In this document: piece after piece, positions 20,346 through 30,088 of the stretch
Numbering within the stretch: the stretch's first letter is position 1
Layout of the letters: every line of letters begins with the position of its first letter
DNA from: a virus
DNA length: 64,000 bases
Virus record (IMG/VR): IMGVR_UViG_3300018475_000123
Strand: one strand, 5' to 3'
Made by a program: the position numbers and the translations under genes
The notes under the pieces: model-generated
The model's input: only the letters and a program-made list of their open reading frames with translations
Told to the model about the DNA's origin: nothing
Databases searched by the model: none

Positions 20346-20601
20346 TCACGATTTTCTCAAGCAAAAGCTCAAGAAGCAGTTTGACGAACCGTTTATCTTC
20401 GCCCTTATCCATGTGCTCGGAATCGGCATGAAGCATACCGTCCTCGCCGAGATACATAACATACTGACCGAAGCCACAGTTGGGCGCTGACCACTCAATT
20501 CCGATTACACCGTTGGGACAATGCTCATGGCGGTTGATCCAGATTTCATCGATTGTAAGATCAGCCGTCAGTTCTTCAAAAGTCTTACGAGCCACAGACA
20601 T
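20335..20601 (-). CDS. hypothetical protein (start trimmed to an internal Met)
   Basis: The track ORF 20335-20730 overlaps ORF 20585-20770; the internal MSVARKTFEEL start resolves this. Confidence 0.25.
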   Translation of the reverse strand: MSVARKTFEELTADLTIDEIWINRHEHCPNGVIGIEWSAPNCGFGQYVMYLGEDGMLHADSEHMDKGEDKRFVKLLLELLLEKIVIED

Positions 20602-20770
20602 CCTCCTTTGACAAAGCTCTGAACTTGTATTCAGTAATGCCAAACCCTGGGAAATTTTCTTCGGCGTATTCATCCGCCTTTTCCAGCAGTTCGGTTTCGG
20701 AGTCTGCACCCAGAATGACTTCGCCCACATTAACTGCAGCTAAGTCCCAGAAACTCACCAGATACTTCAT
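20585..20770 (-). CDS. hypothetical protein
   Basis: 61-aa acidic ORF. Confidence 0.25.
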   Translation of the reverse strand: MKYLVSFWDLAAVNVGEVILGADSETELLEKADEYAEENFPGFGITEYKFRALSKEDVCGS

Positions 20771-21009
20771 TCCTCAATCACCTCAAACAGTTTGTTGAAA
20801 ATGCGTTCTGACAGGCGCACCTGAAAACAGCCACGCCGGGTTAAATAACAATAGCCTTGGCATCTGCTCAGCTTCCACTTCTGATTTGGGCGGAAGTTGA
20901 CCAAGACGCTAAGGCCATCAAAGTCACTGATATATCTTGCAAAATCCGATGTTGGCTTTGCGTATTTCATTTTGTCACCTCCGGTAGGGTGACATACTTC
21001 TGACCCCAT
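20767..21009 (-). CDS. hypothetical protein
   Basis: 80-aa ORF. Confidence 0.25.
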   Translation of the reverse strand: MGSEVCHPTGGDKMKYAKPTSDFARYISDFDGLSVLVNFRPNQKWKLSRCQGYCYLTRRGCFQVRLSERIFNKLFEVIEE

Positions 21010-21467
21010 CTGTCATCGAGCCAGAAAGTCGGGAGTGTTCGTGTTGCCGGATCAAGCTCTGCTTTGGCGAGATCGGTATATTCGCTGCGGCCTGCTTTAC
21101 TGCCAGGGCGCATGGGAACCCATTGAAACCACTGGTCAATATCACCGATGCCAATTTTTCCGCAGATGGGACAGTAATAACCGAGACCTACATCCGGCTT
21201 TGGGATAAAACCTTTTGCACGGTCAAGTTGAACTCCGTTAAACTCAAACACACAAGGCACGAAATTGTGTTTGTGTTTTGCTTTTGGAGCAACCTTGCGC
21301 TTGGATTTCTTGCGGTATCGGGTCTGCTCGTCATGCTCAAAATAGGCTCTCATATGCTTACCCCGCTTAACAAAAACTCCACGATATTTTGATCGGTCTC
21401 GACGGGCAAGTCGATGCCGCTTTCTTCCGGCACATCTCGCCGCCGTCCACAAAGGTAGTCGACCCAC
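20967..21467 (-). CDS. hypothetical basic protein with a CPICG Zn-ribbon
   Basis: Lys/Arg-rich N-terminus (SKYRGVF segment is weakly AP2-like). The real start is probably an internal Met. Confidence 0.25.
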   Translation of the reverse strand: MGRLPLWTAARCAGRKRHRLARRDRSKYRGVFVKRGKHMRAYFEHDEQTRYRKKSKRKVAPKAKHKHNFVPCVFEFNGVQLDRAKGFIPKPDVGLGYYCPICGKIGIGDIDQWFQWVPMRPGSKAGRSEYTDLAKAELDPATRTLPTFWLDDRWGQKYVTLPEVTK

Positions 21468-21610
21468 TCTTGGGGTGCCGTGACAATGAGGATACCATCG
21501 TCTCCCCAGTAAACCTCGGCATTGGGTATGTTTGTAAACTTGCTCATATCGAACTGATGGTGCAAGTTTTGGGGAGTGCCAGTTCTGACACTGCGAATCA
21601 TGCGCCCCAT
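21350..21610 (-). CDS. hypothetical protein
   Basis: 86-aa ORF. Confidence 0.25.
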   Translation of the reverse strand: MGRMIRSVRTGTPQNLHHQFDMSKFTNIPNAEVYWGDDGILIVTAPQEWVDYLCGRRRDVPEESGIDLPVETDQNIVEFLLSGVSI

Positions 21611-21624
21611 GTAATCACCACCCG

Positions 21625-22272
21625 TTATTTATCTGTTGCTGCAAGTTCTCGGTAGCGAGCGATTGCATCCCGAGCCCAATCGTTGTCGGAACCACGATTC
21701 AAATGATCTTCGATTTCGTCGATACACGCTTCTGTGATACCCAACTTATCTGTGAGCGATTTAATGATATTAAGCAAGACAAGTTTGTCCTGCTCGTAGG
21801 CAGTAGTCGCTTTCGCCATAGACAAAGTGATCTCTTCAAGAGCGTCACTACGAATTTTGCGTACTGTCTGCTCCGGCAGAGAGATAAACATCCAATCCCA
21901 GTCGAAATCATCCTCGTCAGCCTCAAGGGTTTCACGGAGGCTTTTGCTTACCTCTTTCTCGACCGGGCACTCATCTGTGCTGATCGCTTCAAAGGCATGG
22001 AAGATGCTGCCATCTTCGTTCTGCTCATAGCCATAGCATAGCTTGACCTGGTAATTCTTACTCGTTGGGTGTTTGGCTCTGCGCTTATTCCATGCATTGT
22101 GTAGATCAATCAGATTATCCTTCTCGAAGAAATCGATTGTGTGCTGATTGTCTGCAAGGGTAAAGTAACAATCGTCTGCGTGATCGCCATAAATGAAATA
22201 CCCGTCTTTTTCGGACATCTTACATCCGCAAAACGGGCAATCAAGCAACTGGATATTAGTTTGTACCATCAA
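21625..22272 (-). CDS. hypothetical protein with N-terminal CPFCGC zinc motif
   Basis: LDCPFCGCKMSE at the N-terminus; acidic middle region. Confidence 0.3.
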   Translation of the reverse strand: MMVQTNIQLLDCPFCGCKMSEKDGYFIYGDHADDCYFTLADNQHTIDFFEKDNLIDLHNAWNKRRAKHPTSKNYQVKLCYGYEQNEDGSIFHAFEAISTDECPVEKEVSKSLRETLEADEDDFDWDWMFISLPEQTVRKIRSDALEEITLSMAKATTAYEQDKLVLLNIIKSLTDKLGITEACIDEIEDHLNRGSDNDWARDAIARYRELAATDK

Positions 22273-22450
22273 AACTCCTCCTACTTTGCAGGAACAGTAA
22301 GCACCTCTATTTGCAAGAGGTCTGTTGTTTTAATAACCACAGGAACCCATTCGCAATCCGCATATCGTTCAGCATCCTGCTTATCCAGATGCTTTTTGAC
22401 GAACTTGTCAAATTCCTGTGGGGAAATTACGATCTTAATTGCGTGCATTT

Positions 22451-22900
22451 TCAAGCCTCCGACCAGTCAAGTCTTTGCCCACAGAAAGGACATCTGTCCA
22501 AATTGGTTGCTCTGTTATAGTAACCATCAAAACAGGGTTCAAAGTCAGAGAAACTCTCTTTGCAACGAGGGCATATGGACGGATTCCAATTCTTTGCAAT
22601 GACTGCCATTGGTTTGCCGATGTCCACCAAAGCCTGCTGATATCCTTTGTCAAAGTCGCTTTTCTCTGGATGTGGCATACACTTATCCAGACCTTCGTGC
22701 TTTTTGTAGTAAGCGAGGGCTGCAAGAATGGTCTGCTTGGTTTCTTCAGACCAGCTTCGGATGCGAAATTGCTTTCGCACTTCTTCTTTGTCAACTGTGG
22801 ACAAATCCATATGGTCGATACCGCTCTCAAAAAGCCGAACAAATTCTTTGGCCCGTTCGATTTTTGGCAGGAAGTCACGATTGTATTCCTGAACCGTCAT
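22451..22900 (-). CDS. hypothetical protein with C-terminal Zn-ribbon
   Basis: CPRCKES...CPFCGQ. Confidence 0.3.
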   Translation of the reverse strand: MTVQEYNRDFLPKIERAKEFVRLFESGIDHMDLSTVDKEEVRKQFRIRSWSEETKQTILAALAYYKKHEGLDKCMPHPEKSDFDKGYQQALVDIGKPMAVIAKNWNPSICPRCKESFSDFEPCFDGYYNRATNLDRCPFCGQRLDWSEA

Positions 22901-22912
22901 ACACCCACTCCT

Positions 22913-23113
22913 TTACACACGCTTTCTGGTTTTCTTACCACACTGCCTGCACTGATAGACGCACACCATGTCGCTTCCGGCAGGCATATCATCCCACTCT
23001 GTTCCAACTTTAACATAGTCGTGTTGGTTACAGGGGCAGAGCCTTTCTTCAAGCTCTTCAACACGGTAGGTGAGGCGAACAACCTCTGCTCTGAGCTTTC
23101 TTTTTGTAATCAT
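22913..23113 (-). CDS. small Zn-ribbon protein
   Basis: CPCNQH...CRQCGK. Confidence 0.3.
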   Translation of the reverse strand: MITKRKLRAEVVRLTYRVEELEERLCPCNQHDYVKVGTEWDDMPAGSDMVCVYQCRQCGKKTRKRV

Positions 23114-23328
23114 AGGATTAGCCTCCTCATTCGTGCATCAAAACCGCCAGCATTTCTTCAAAGAACGCATCTGTCGATAGCCTCTCCGACAACAAAGTCA
23201 AGCATCTCAAGCAATCGACTGCTATTTTTGATGTATCGGACAACCTCATCAATAACAGATGGGTCGAGTTTTTTATGGCGAATCTCATCCTCCACCATAT
23301 CTCTTAGGTCAAAAGACTCCATATCAAA

Positions 23329-23709
23329 TTAACCTTTCATCCACTCGGTACATGGAAACCCGTTGGCACAGAACCATTGGGCAACCAAATGCCTATGGCA
23401 GAAATCATCTGGCTTCTCGTAGCAGACCAGACAGATATCGCTTTCTCCGACATTAAAGCTGTATATCATTCTCGACAGATCCAGAATGACATCGTTCGCG
23501 CTTAGGGTTCCCAACACCTGCTCATTGAAACACTTGATGTAATAATCGTTATCATGGTTCTTTTTCCACTCCATGAAAAAGTCATATTTGGGAGCAAGTT
23601 TCTTATACTGCAACCCCTTATACCAGCTTGGTGCTTTTCCACAAATACTTACAGGGATGATGTTCTCTGGCAGATTGCGGAGCTGTGCAAAATAAGTGGT
23701 GTATATCAT
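23329..23709 (-). CDS. DUF488-like protein
   Basis: C-terminal DICLVCYEKPDDFCHRHLVAQWF matches the DUF488 LLCaEkdPe.CHR.liAd signature. Confidence 0.45.
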   Translation of the reverse strand: MIYTTYFAQLRNLPENIIPVSICGKAPSWYKGLQYKKLAPKYDFFMEWKKNHDNDYYIKCFNEQVLGTLSANDVILDLSRMIYSFNVGESDICLVCYEKPDDFCHRHLVAQWFCANGFPCTEWMKG

Positions 23710-23712
23710 ACA

Positions 23713-24045
23713 TTAACCTTTCATATTCTGCTCACGAAGTGTTTTGAAGGCAACATCCTTGAGCATCGTGTATAATTCCTTATCATCAGATGGCGTAATG
23801 ACATCATAGTTGAATGGGAATAATCTTTTAATTCCCCACTGCCCGTCTTGGATAGAGAATACCGCTTCGGTTACCTCAACCATTGATTGCTCCATATATC
23901 GGTCGGTAAGTTCTTTCTTCGTCTCTCCAATTACTCGAAACCAATAGTCACAATATTTGCCGCCCTCGATGCGGTCAAGGATAAAATCAGATTCTTTCAT
24001 ATGTGCCACCTCATCAGTACAGATATTCTGCAATCGTATCGCCAA
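23713..24045 (-). CDS. hypothetical protein
   Basis: 110-aa ORF. Confidence 0.25.
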   Translation of the reverse strand: MAIRLQNICTDEVAHMKESDFILDRIEGGKYCDYWFRVIGETKKELTDRYMEQSMVEVTEAVFSIQDGQWGIKRLFPFNYDVITPSDDKELYTMLKDVAFKTLREQNMKG

Positions 24046-24283
24046 GTTTAATAAGGTTGCTCACCTCTGCTTCGCTCATTGCTTCGATTTCTTCTCGTGA
24101 AAAGGTGTGCGATATGGCATAGTATGAGTTATACCAGTTCTCGTCACAACCCATTCTGTTTCTCGCATTGACTACGACCGGTTTATCTATATATTCCAGT
24201 AACTTTGCTTTGCTCATAAAATCAGCCTTTCGAGTTGAGCACATAGTTATCCATGTACTCACACAGTTCTTGGTCGCCTTCAT
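24014..24283 (-). CDS. hypothetical protein
   Basis: 89-aa ORF. Confidence 0.25.
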   Translation of the reverse strand: MKATKNCVSTWITMCSTRKADFMSKAKLLEYIDKPVVVNARNRMGCDENWYNSYYAISHTFSREEIEAMSEAEVSNLIKLGDTIAEYLY

Positions 24284-24563
24284 CGGTGAGTGTCATAAGA
24301 ACGATTTCGCCGCCGAGTAATTTCTGCAACAAAACTCCGCCCTCATCTACCAGATACCTTCCTGCCTTTTCGCAGGCTTCTGGTGAGGCAACAAAAGGCT
24401 TTGGAATGGTGGTATGCAGAACTTCATCGGCTAACCACTGCAAATGGTCTGCATGACTTTGCGAATATGCGGCAATAGGCAAGCCGCTCGAATGGGATTG
24501 CAAAACAAGACCACTTGATTTGCCTGTGCCACGCCGCTGGTAAAATGTGACCATTAAAATCAT
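24222..24563 (-). CDS. hypothetical protein
   Basis: 113-aa ORF. Confidence 0.25.
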   Translation of the reverse strand: MILMVTFYQRRGTGKSSGLVLQSHSSGLPIAAYSQSHADHLQWLADEVLHTTIPKPFVASPEACEKAGRYLVDEGGVLLQKLLGGEIVLMTLTDEGDQELCEYMDNYVLNSKG

Positions 24564-24708
24564 CTCCTATCTACTATCTTCATCGATACAAACAACGATG
24601 GAAAAGCACAAAAACTCAATCCTAAAAGTCCACGGTCTGTGCCTGTTACCGACTGTTGAGTACCGAAAAGAAAGTGGGAAAACCCACTCGTCAATATCGC
24701 AGTAGAAT

Positions 24709-25158
24709 TTAACCATCAACGACAACTCCCGTCCCGACCATTTGCATCGGTCTAATAACAGTATCAAACCAAATGGAATCACGAATATCTTTTGTGGTGA
24801 ACACAAAGTTTACTCGTTTTCCTTTGAAGTTGATGAACGGCTTGATCCAATCGAAACGCAGAATTGAAGTTTCGTAGACAAACTGGAGCTGAGAATCTAT
24901 TCTTACAATGCCATAAGGCGCATTCTCAGCCACAAAATTTTTTGCCATACTCTTATCCTCAAATATCAGGGCAACTTTTATTTTATTCATTGTAGAATTG
25001 CTTGGAACACCCTTGTAATGAGCCATCACGAGTTTGTGCAAATCAACTTGAGTTTCTTTCAAATCCGCCATAAGATCAACCTCTCGCAAGCTGAACTTCC
25101 TTGTCGCAAATTGGGCAGTAACCCGTATTGTCTGCACCGAAATTGACATGGTGCCCAC
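24709..25158 (-). CDS. hypothetical protein
   Basis: 149-aa ORF. Confidence 0.3.
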   Translation of the reverse strand: MGTMSISVQTIRVTAQFATRKFSLREVDLMADLKETQVDLHKLVMAHYKGVPSNSTMNKIKVALIFEDKSMAKNFVAENAPYGIVRIDSQLQFVYETSILRFDWIKPFINFKGKRVNFVFTTKDIRDSIWFDTVIRPMQMVGTGVVVDG

Positions 25159-25441
25159 AATCGTGGCAATGGTCGTTAGCAGTATGCTTTATTCCTCGAA
25201 TGTTTTGGTACAACTTGATTACACTCTGGAAGTAGCGTTCTTGTTCTTCTTTAGGAAGCTCGCTCATCTTGCCAAGACTATACCGCATGAAGCCTGCGTC
25301 CAGATTATGGCAATTTGCACACTCATAATGGTGTATCGGTGTGCCATAACCATCCCTAATATTTCCAACGGTTCCTTTGGGGAGGCTGTCTGCAGTATCT
25401 TCTCGTCCACAATTTGGACAATAGAAGTAAAACCTATTCAT
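25076..25441 (-). CDS. multi-Zn-finger protein (start trimmed to MNRFYFYCPNCG)
   Basis: CPNCG, CANC, CHDCGH and CPIC motifs. Confidence 0.3.
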   Translation of the reverse strand: MNRFYFYCPNCGREDTADSLPKGTVGNIRDGYGTPIHHYECANCHNLDAGFMRYSLGKMSELPKEEQERYFQSVIKLYQNIRGIKHTANDHCHDCGHHVNFGADNTGYCPICDKEVQLARG

Positions 25442-25446
25442 GCGCT

Positions 25447-25992
25447 TTACACCACCAATCCTTGCTCTTTCAATGACTCCCACAGTTTTCTCTGTGGGGC
25501 AAACTCTTTGAAAAGTTCAATCTCTTTTCTGAGGCGGGCTACGATAGCATCATCTTTAGAAACAAACCGACCCAGATTGATTTTCTTGCTGTTGTATGTA
25601 ATGTTGGCGACCCATTTGCTACGCTTTTTATCGAAGAAAACTCCAGCAACACCGGAGGTATTTGTGGAGTACAGGCCACGATTTCTGTCATTCTCAGACC
25701 GGTTGCAGCGCCGTAGATTTTGTTTACGGTTATCTGCCCGGTTCTTATTGATGTGGTCAACGAACTCTTGGGCTTGTGCGTTCATTACGATTCTGTGAAA
25801 TCGGACGAAGCGGCGAGACCCCGCATAGTAGTAGCAACTCACCAGATATCCGTCTTTGTCCACATACCAACTGCGGTTCTCAATCAGCGGCAAGTCTTCG
25901 AGGTCGAACAGAAACTTGGCACGACCGATGTAGAGCACACCGTAGGTGTCAAACAGTTCAACCTTGTTCTGGTTGATCGTGGTAATTATCAC
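25447..25992 (-). CDS. HNH homing endonuclease with AP2 DNA-binding domain
   Basis: HNH core FHRIVMNAQ..VDHINKNRADNRKQNLRRCNRSENDRN, followed by an AP2-like SGVAGVFFDKKRSKWVANITYNSKKINLGRF. Confidence 0.7.
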   Translation of the reverse strand: MIITTINQNKVELFDTYGVLYIGRAKFLFDLEDLPLIENRSWYVDKDGYLVSCYYYAGSRRFVRFHRIVMNAQAQEFVDHINKNRADNRKQNLRRCNRSENDRNRGLYSTNTSGVAGVFFDKKRSKWVANITYNSKKINLGRFVSKDDAIVARLRKEIELFKEFAPQRKLWESLKEQGLVV

Positions 25993-26240
25993 TCAGCGGG
26001 CTCCTCATACATGGGGATAGTGAAGGAATGGGTATAACTCTCGTCAAGTGAGTCATTCCACACGAGGCAGCGAACCTTCTTACCGACCTCTCGCTCGTCG
26101 CACTGTGTCACCAGAGTGATATCCTGGATGACGGTTCCATCTCTATCCTCAAGACAGATGCTAATACCGTTGCTGTCGGGCTCTTTTTCTGCTGTCAGCA
26201 AGGCAAAGCCAAGATCGACCACGATTTTTTCTTTCTGCAT
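25989..26240 (-). CDS. hypothetical protein
   Basis: 83-aa ORF. Confidence 0.25.
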   Translation of the reverse strand: MQKEKIVVDLGFALLTAEKEPDSNGISICLEDRDGTVIQDITLVTQCDEREVGKKVRCLVWNDSLDESYTHSFTIPMYEEPAE

Positions 26241-26249
26241 ATGCTCACC

Positions 26250-27086
26250 TCAAAATCCATTCCAGATTTGCCTGCCGCAATACTCAAAGCATTCGGCATC
26301 GTTGCAGTCTTCCGGTGTAAGATCGGCAAGTCTCTTACGACTGCGCGAAATAAATAAATCCGAATCCATAGGCGGTTTCGGATTTTTGTCTCGTAATAAA
26401 TTGTCCATCTCAAGGAGGGAACTATATGTCTCCTGTTCGTTCTCCTTGAGGTACTGGAAGAAATAGTTTCGATGGAAAGGGCAGAATGCACAGGCGCTTG
26501 CCTTGGTGTCCAAACCCCAAACTTCCAGTATGTATTTATAGCTGTCGGCTCTGGCCATTCCCATATCAACGAGCGGGAACTTGTTGATAAAGAGCCGATG
26601 CGGATTTTCATGGCAGCGGCGGGACTCTTCTACGCTGAAACCCATGTGCATCTCGTGAGCTTTCACATCTTCCGGTTTCAGCCGCTGTCCCTTTTTATAA
26701 CCGAGAAGTTCCCAACGAACATACTTGGTAATCTCATTTACCTTGTAGTCAATAGTACAATTTCTCGGCATTTTTGATTTGTGTCCGTCGTCTTTCAGCG
26801 TCCACCACGGGATGCTGACTGTACGGCGCTCACCGAAGTTCTTCATGAAGTCTTGATACAGCGGTGTGTCCAAGACCTCAAAGAAAATCCCGGCGTTCTC
26901 GCAAGCACGCCGGGTAAATTCCAACTGTTCCATAACCCAAGGCGGCTCCAAGCCAAGGTCGCAGAAGATCACGGCGTCGTAGATCGGAACTAATGGGTAC
27001 GGACTCGTTTTCTGTATTGCATTTTCACAGCTCATAAGAGCCAATGCGGTGGACTGCATACCAGCCCCGAAAGAAAGTATCTTCAT
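26250..27086 (-). CDS. PAPS-reductase (CysH)-family protein
   Basis: ILSFGAGMQSTALALM is collinear with CysH SSSFGIQAAVSLHLV. 278 aa. Confidence 0.55.
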   Translation of the reverse strand: MKILSFGAGMQSTALALMSCENAIQKTSPYPLVPIYDAVIFCDLGLEPPWVMEQLEFTRRACENAGIFFEVLDTPLYQDFMKNFGERRTVSIPWWTLKDDGHKSKMPRNCTIDYKVNEITKYVRWELLGYKKGQRLKPEDVKAHEMHMGFSVEESRRCHENPHRLFINKFPLVDMGMARADSYKYILEVWGLDTKASACAFCPFHRNYFFQYLKENEQETYSSLLEMDNLLRDKNPKPPMDSDLFISRSRKRLADLTPEDCNDAECFEYCGRQIWNGF

Positions 27087-27306
27087 TGGCTCCTCCTATA
27101 ATATTGAAATGCGGGTTGGGATTTGCACCCAACATGAAAGAGAATACTCGGTCTGAGTTTTGGCGGGTTTATCTGCCCCCATGGTGCAGCTCTTTCCACC
27201 CGCATGGCGTCTACCATTGTGTGGGCGTCGATTGCGACACAACACACTTTACCACGATTCCGGTGTTCCCACCGGGCGTGTCTATTCCGCCACCGCATCA
27301 CACAGC

Positions 27307-27798
27307 TTAGTCGATTTCCCACCAGTAGTCAAAGCAACGCTTGTAGCCGCTCTTACCACTTCCAGCTTCCACACCTCTGCGGACAGCCCTGTTTGAATAG
27401 CGTTTCCAGAACCGCTGGCGATTGGAATTTTTGTGGTGTTTCACATACTTGCCAACAGGTTTCCAGACACCATCCACAAAGTCCCAATCCGTATATCCGG
27501 CAAAGGGTGCGTGTGTTTCATTGATGATATGGAACAGGTCGTTGCGTTTCTTTACCGCCATCGCACGGCGATACGCTGAGCCGGTTCTGCGTTTGCCACG
27601 CTTCTTCTTGGAGGGCTCTTCTGCAAAAGCATCTTCGCAGAATCCGCCAAGGAAAAACTCGAACTCAACTTTATCACAGCCACAGTATTCAAGCTGCGGC
27701 TCATAACCACCCTCTTCGGCGATCCTCAGCCGATGCTCAACCCCAACACAAATGGGGCACTCGTCGCAGGTGAAGTTTCTGTCCCAAACTCTAATCAT
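27307..27798 (-). CDS. hypothetical Zn-finger protein
   Basis: CDECPIC...CGC near the N-terminus; basic C-terminal region. Confidence 0.3.
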   Translation of the reverse strand: MIRVWDRNFTCDECPICVGVEHRLRIAEEGGYEPQLEYCGCDKVEFEFFLGGFCEDAFAEEPSKKKRGKRRTGSAYRRAMAVKKRNDLFHIINETHAPFAGYTDWDFVDGVWKPVGKYVKHHKNSNRQRFWKRYSNRAVRRGVEAGSGKSGYKRCFDYWWEID

Positions 27799-27825
27799 AG
27801 AAGCACCTCCGCTTTTGTTTGCAGA

Positions 27826-28689
27826 TTACAACCAGCGCTCTACAAACTCTCTGTCTTGTGTGAAGATGGGGATTTCTCTGTCGATGACCCAACGACGCCG
27901 GGTAACATTGACAATCTCGTCATTATTTCTGGGATTCGGCTTTGGTGCCGTCTCCGTAACACGATAGCAACAGGAGCCACGCTTGCAGTCTGTGGGGTAG
28001 TCGTTCCAGTTGACACCCTTTTCAGACCACAGCATTTCCTGGATCATGTTGCAAGTCTTTTCGTGGAGCTGTTTGGCGCTGAAATACGCTTGTCCAGCAG
28101 CTTCGATGCTGTTGCGGGTCGCATCTTGCTGACGCCAAATCAGGCAGTTGCAAACTTCATCTTTGGGGATGGAGAAAACCCGTGCATCAAACATGGCCGA
28201 CCAGAACTTGCGCTTGAGCTTGTCGTGGTAAACCATCCTCGCTGCACAAACACGAGCCATATCTTCTTGGGCGACACCCATAAGCTCGGTTACATCATTG
28301 AGATAACCATCGACCTCTTCCGTAAAGAAGCGGTTAAACGCAACCGTCGCCATGGATGCCGCAACGCTGGTCATTTTCTGAACATTGTAGCCGAACCAAG
28401 CATCGGTGGTGATGGTCGCATAGTCGGTGAGAACCAGTGTGATTTCATCGGACTGGGTATAGCCAAACACACAGCCCTGGATGTTCTTACACAGGAACTG
28501 CATGGTACGCTGCATGGTTGTCATCATGACCTTGTCAAAGGGTTTCTTCATGCCCTTTGTGAATGTATGAAACGCTTTGCCGTCAAGGCGAATGATGACA
28601 GGGACTCGACGGGTCAGATAAGTACGAGGTACATACTCGTAATTTTGCTTCATGCGGTCGCCGAGGGAGTCAGCTTTCTTTTTACCCAT
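27826..28689 (-). CDS. tRNA(His) guanylyltransferase Thg1-like protein
   Basis: YEYVPRTYLTRRVPVIIRLDGKAFHTFTKGMKKPFD...GCVFGYTQSDEITLVL is collinear with the Thg1 N-terminal catalytic region (RiDG..FH.Fs...kP.D...........GeSDE). Confidence 0.7.
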   Translation of the reverse strand: MGKKKADSLGDRMKQNYEYVPRTYLTRRVPVIIRLDGKAFHTFTKGMKKPFDKVMMTTMQRTMQFLCKNIQGCVFGYTQSDEITLVLTDYATITTDAWFGYNVQKMTSVAASMATVAFNRFFTEEVDGYLNDVTELMGVAQEDMARVCAARMVYHDKLKRKFWSAMFDARVFSIPKDEVCNCLIWRQQDATRNSIEAAGQAYFSAKQLHEKTCNMIQEMLWSEKGVNWNDYPTDCKRGSCCYRVTETAPKPNPRNNDEIVNVTRRRWVIDREIPIFTQDREFVERWL

Positions 28690-30088
28690 TGCCCATGACC
28701 TCCTGATATTTTTCTTTTACCAAATACGAAACCAGAGCCACACGCTCATTGGGAAGTTCGCCGTTAATTACTTTCTCAAGAACCTCATTCAACACAACGC
28801 CGACGGCCTTGCCTTCAGAGAGGTACAGGAGATTCATCACATCGTGACCGTCAATCGCAAGGTCTTTGAGCTTAAAGCACTGGTTGTTCTTGATGACCTC
28901 TTCCAGAATGACTCCGAGCGCTGCGCACCGTTCGATTCTGGATTCTTGTGTGTCTTTGGCGTGAGCTTGAATGTCGGCCATACGGATGTTCAGCAAGCGG
29001 ACGAACTGTTTTTCACCGATCTTGTTGAGCCATCTGCGAACCGTCTTTGGAGTAGGCTCAATAATAGCATCGTGGTGCAAAACAAGCTCCAAAATGTCCG
29101 ATTTGGATTTATTATCAAACCGGAGTTTGGTAAGCACTTTTTCGGAAATATCATGGCTAAAAACGCCATGACCGTAGAAATGGCCGCCCTTTTCATCTTC
29201 TGTGTAGCAGTGGGGCTTGCCAATATCATGCAGGAGCAGTGACATCTTAACTACGATATCGTCGCCGTCATAGTTGGAAACCGCATGGGCGATATGCTCG
29301 TAGACATTGTACTCGTGGAATCGGTTGTTCTGATCGAAACCGACACACGGCTGCATTTCCGGGATGATGGTGGTAATTACATCGTTGTACTCCAGAAGTA
29401 CATTGAGGACACCCTTGCCGCAGAGCATCTTGCACAGCTCAGACTGGATGCGCTCAGCGGCGATGTTTTTAAGAAGCTCTTTATTCCGGTGGATGGACTG
29501 AGATGTTTTCTCTTCGATAGTAAACCCATAAGTTGAAGCAAACCGCATAGCTCTTAGGATACGAAGTGCATCTTCGTTAAACCTGTCGTCCGGGTTTCCA
29601 ACACAGCGTATCACACCGTTTTTCAAGTCTTCACGACCGTGAAACGGGTCTACCAAACCGGCCTGATTAAAGGCCATTGCATTGATGGTGAAGTCCCTGC
29701 GAGACAAATCCTTATAAATGCTGTCGGTAAACTCCACACTGTCAGGATGTCGGTTGTCCGAGTAATCTCCGTCGATACGAAATGTGGTGACCTCAAACTT
29801 TCCAGACCGCTCCATGTCTACCGTAATCGTGCCGTGTTTCAGGCCGGTGTCGATGGTTCGCACACTGCAGCGAGCGAAGTATTCCTTCATTTCCTCCGGC
29901 GTTGCCGAAGTGCAGATATCCCAATCCTTGGGTTCCAAACCCAACAGGCTGTCACGAACACAACCACCGACCACATATGCTTCATGGTGTGCATACCGAA
30001 GACCCTGCACGATGACCTTAGCACCACGAGGAATTGTGATCTTACACATCGATTGCCCTCCTGTTAATTGACACGATGAACTCCTCAA
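28682..30088 (-). CDS. cca: CCA-adding tRNA nucleotidyltransferase with C-terminal HD domain
   Basis: Pol-beta head GGCVRDSLLG..KDWDI, RRDFTINAMAF and HD LLLHDIGKP. The likely true start is MCKITIPRG at about 30049. Confidence 0.8.
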   Translation of the reverse strand: MRSSSCQLTGGQSMCKITIPRGAKVIVQGLRYAHHEAYVVGGCVRDSLLGLEPKDWDICTSATPEEMKEYFARCSVRTIDTGLKHGTITVDMERSGKFEVTTFRIDGDYSDNRHPDSVEFTDSIYKDLSRRDFTINAMAFNQAGLVDPFHGREDLKNGVIRCVGNPDDRFNEDALRILRAMRFASTYGFTIEEKTSQSIHRNKELLKNIAAERIQSELCKMLCGKGVLNVLLEYNDVITTIIPEMQPCVGFDQNNRFHEYNVYEHIAHAVSNYDGDDIVVKMSLLLHDIGKPHCYTEDEKGGHFYGHGVFSHDISEKVLTKLRFDNKSKSDILELVLHHDAIIEPTPKTVRRWLNKIGEKQFVRLLNIRMADIQAHAKDTQESRIERCAALGVILEEVIKNNQCFKLKDLAIDGHDVMNLLYLSEGKAVGVVLNEVLEKVINGELPNERVALVSYLVKEKYQEVMGNG

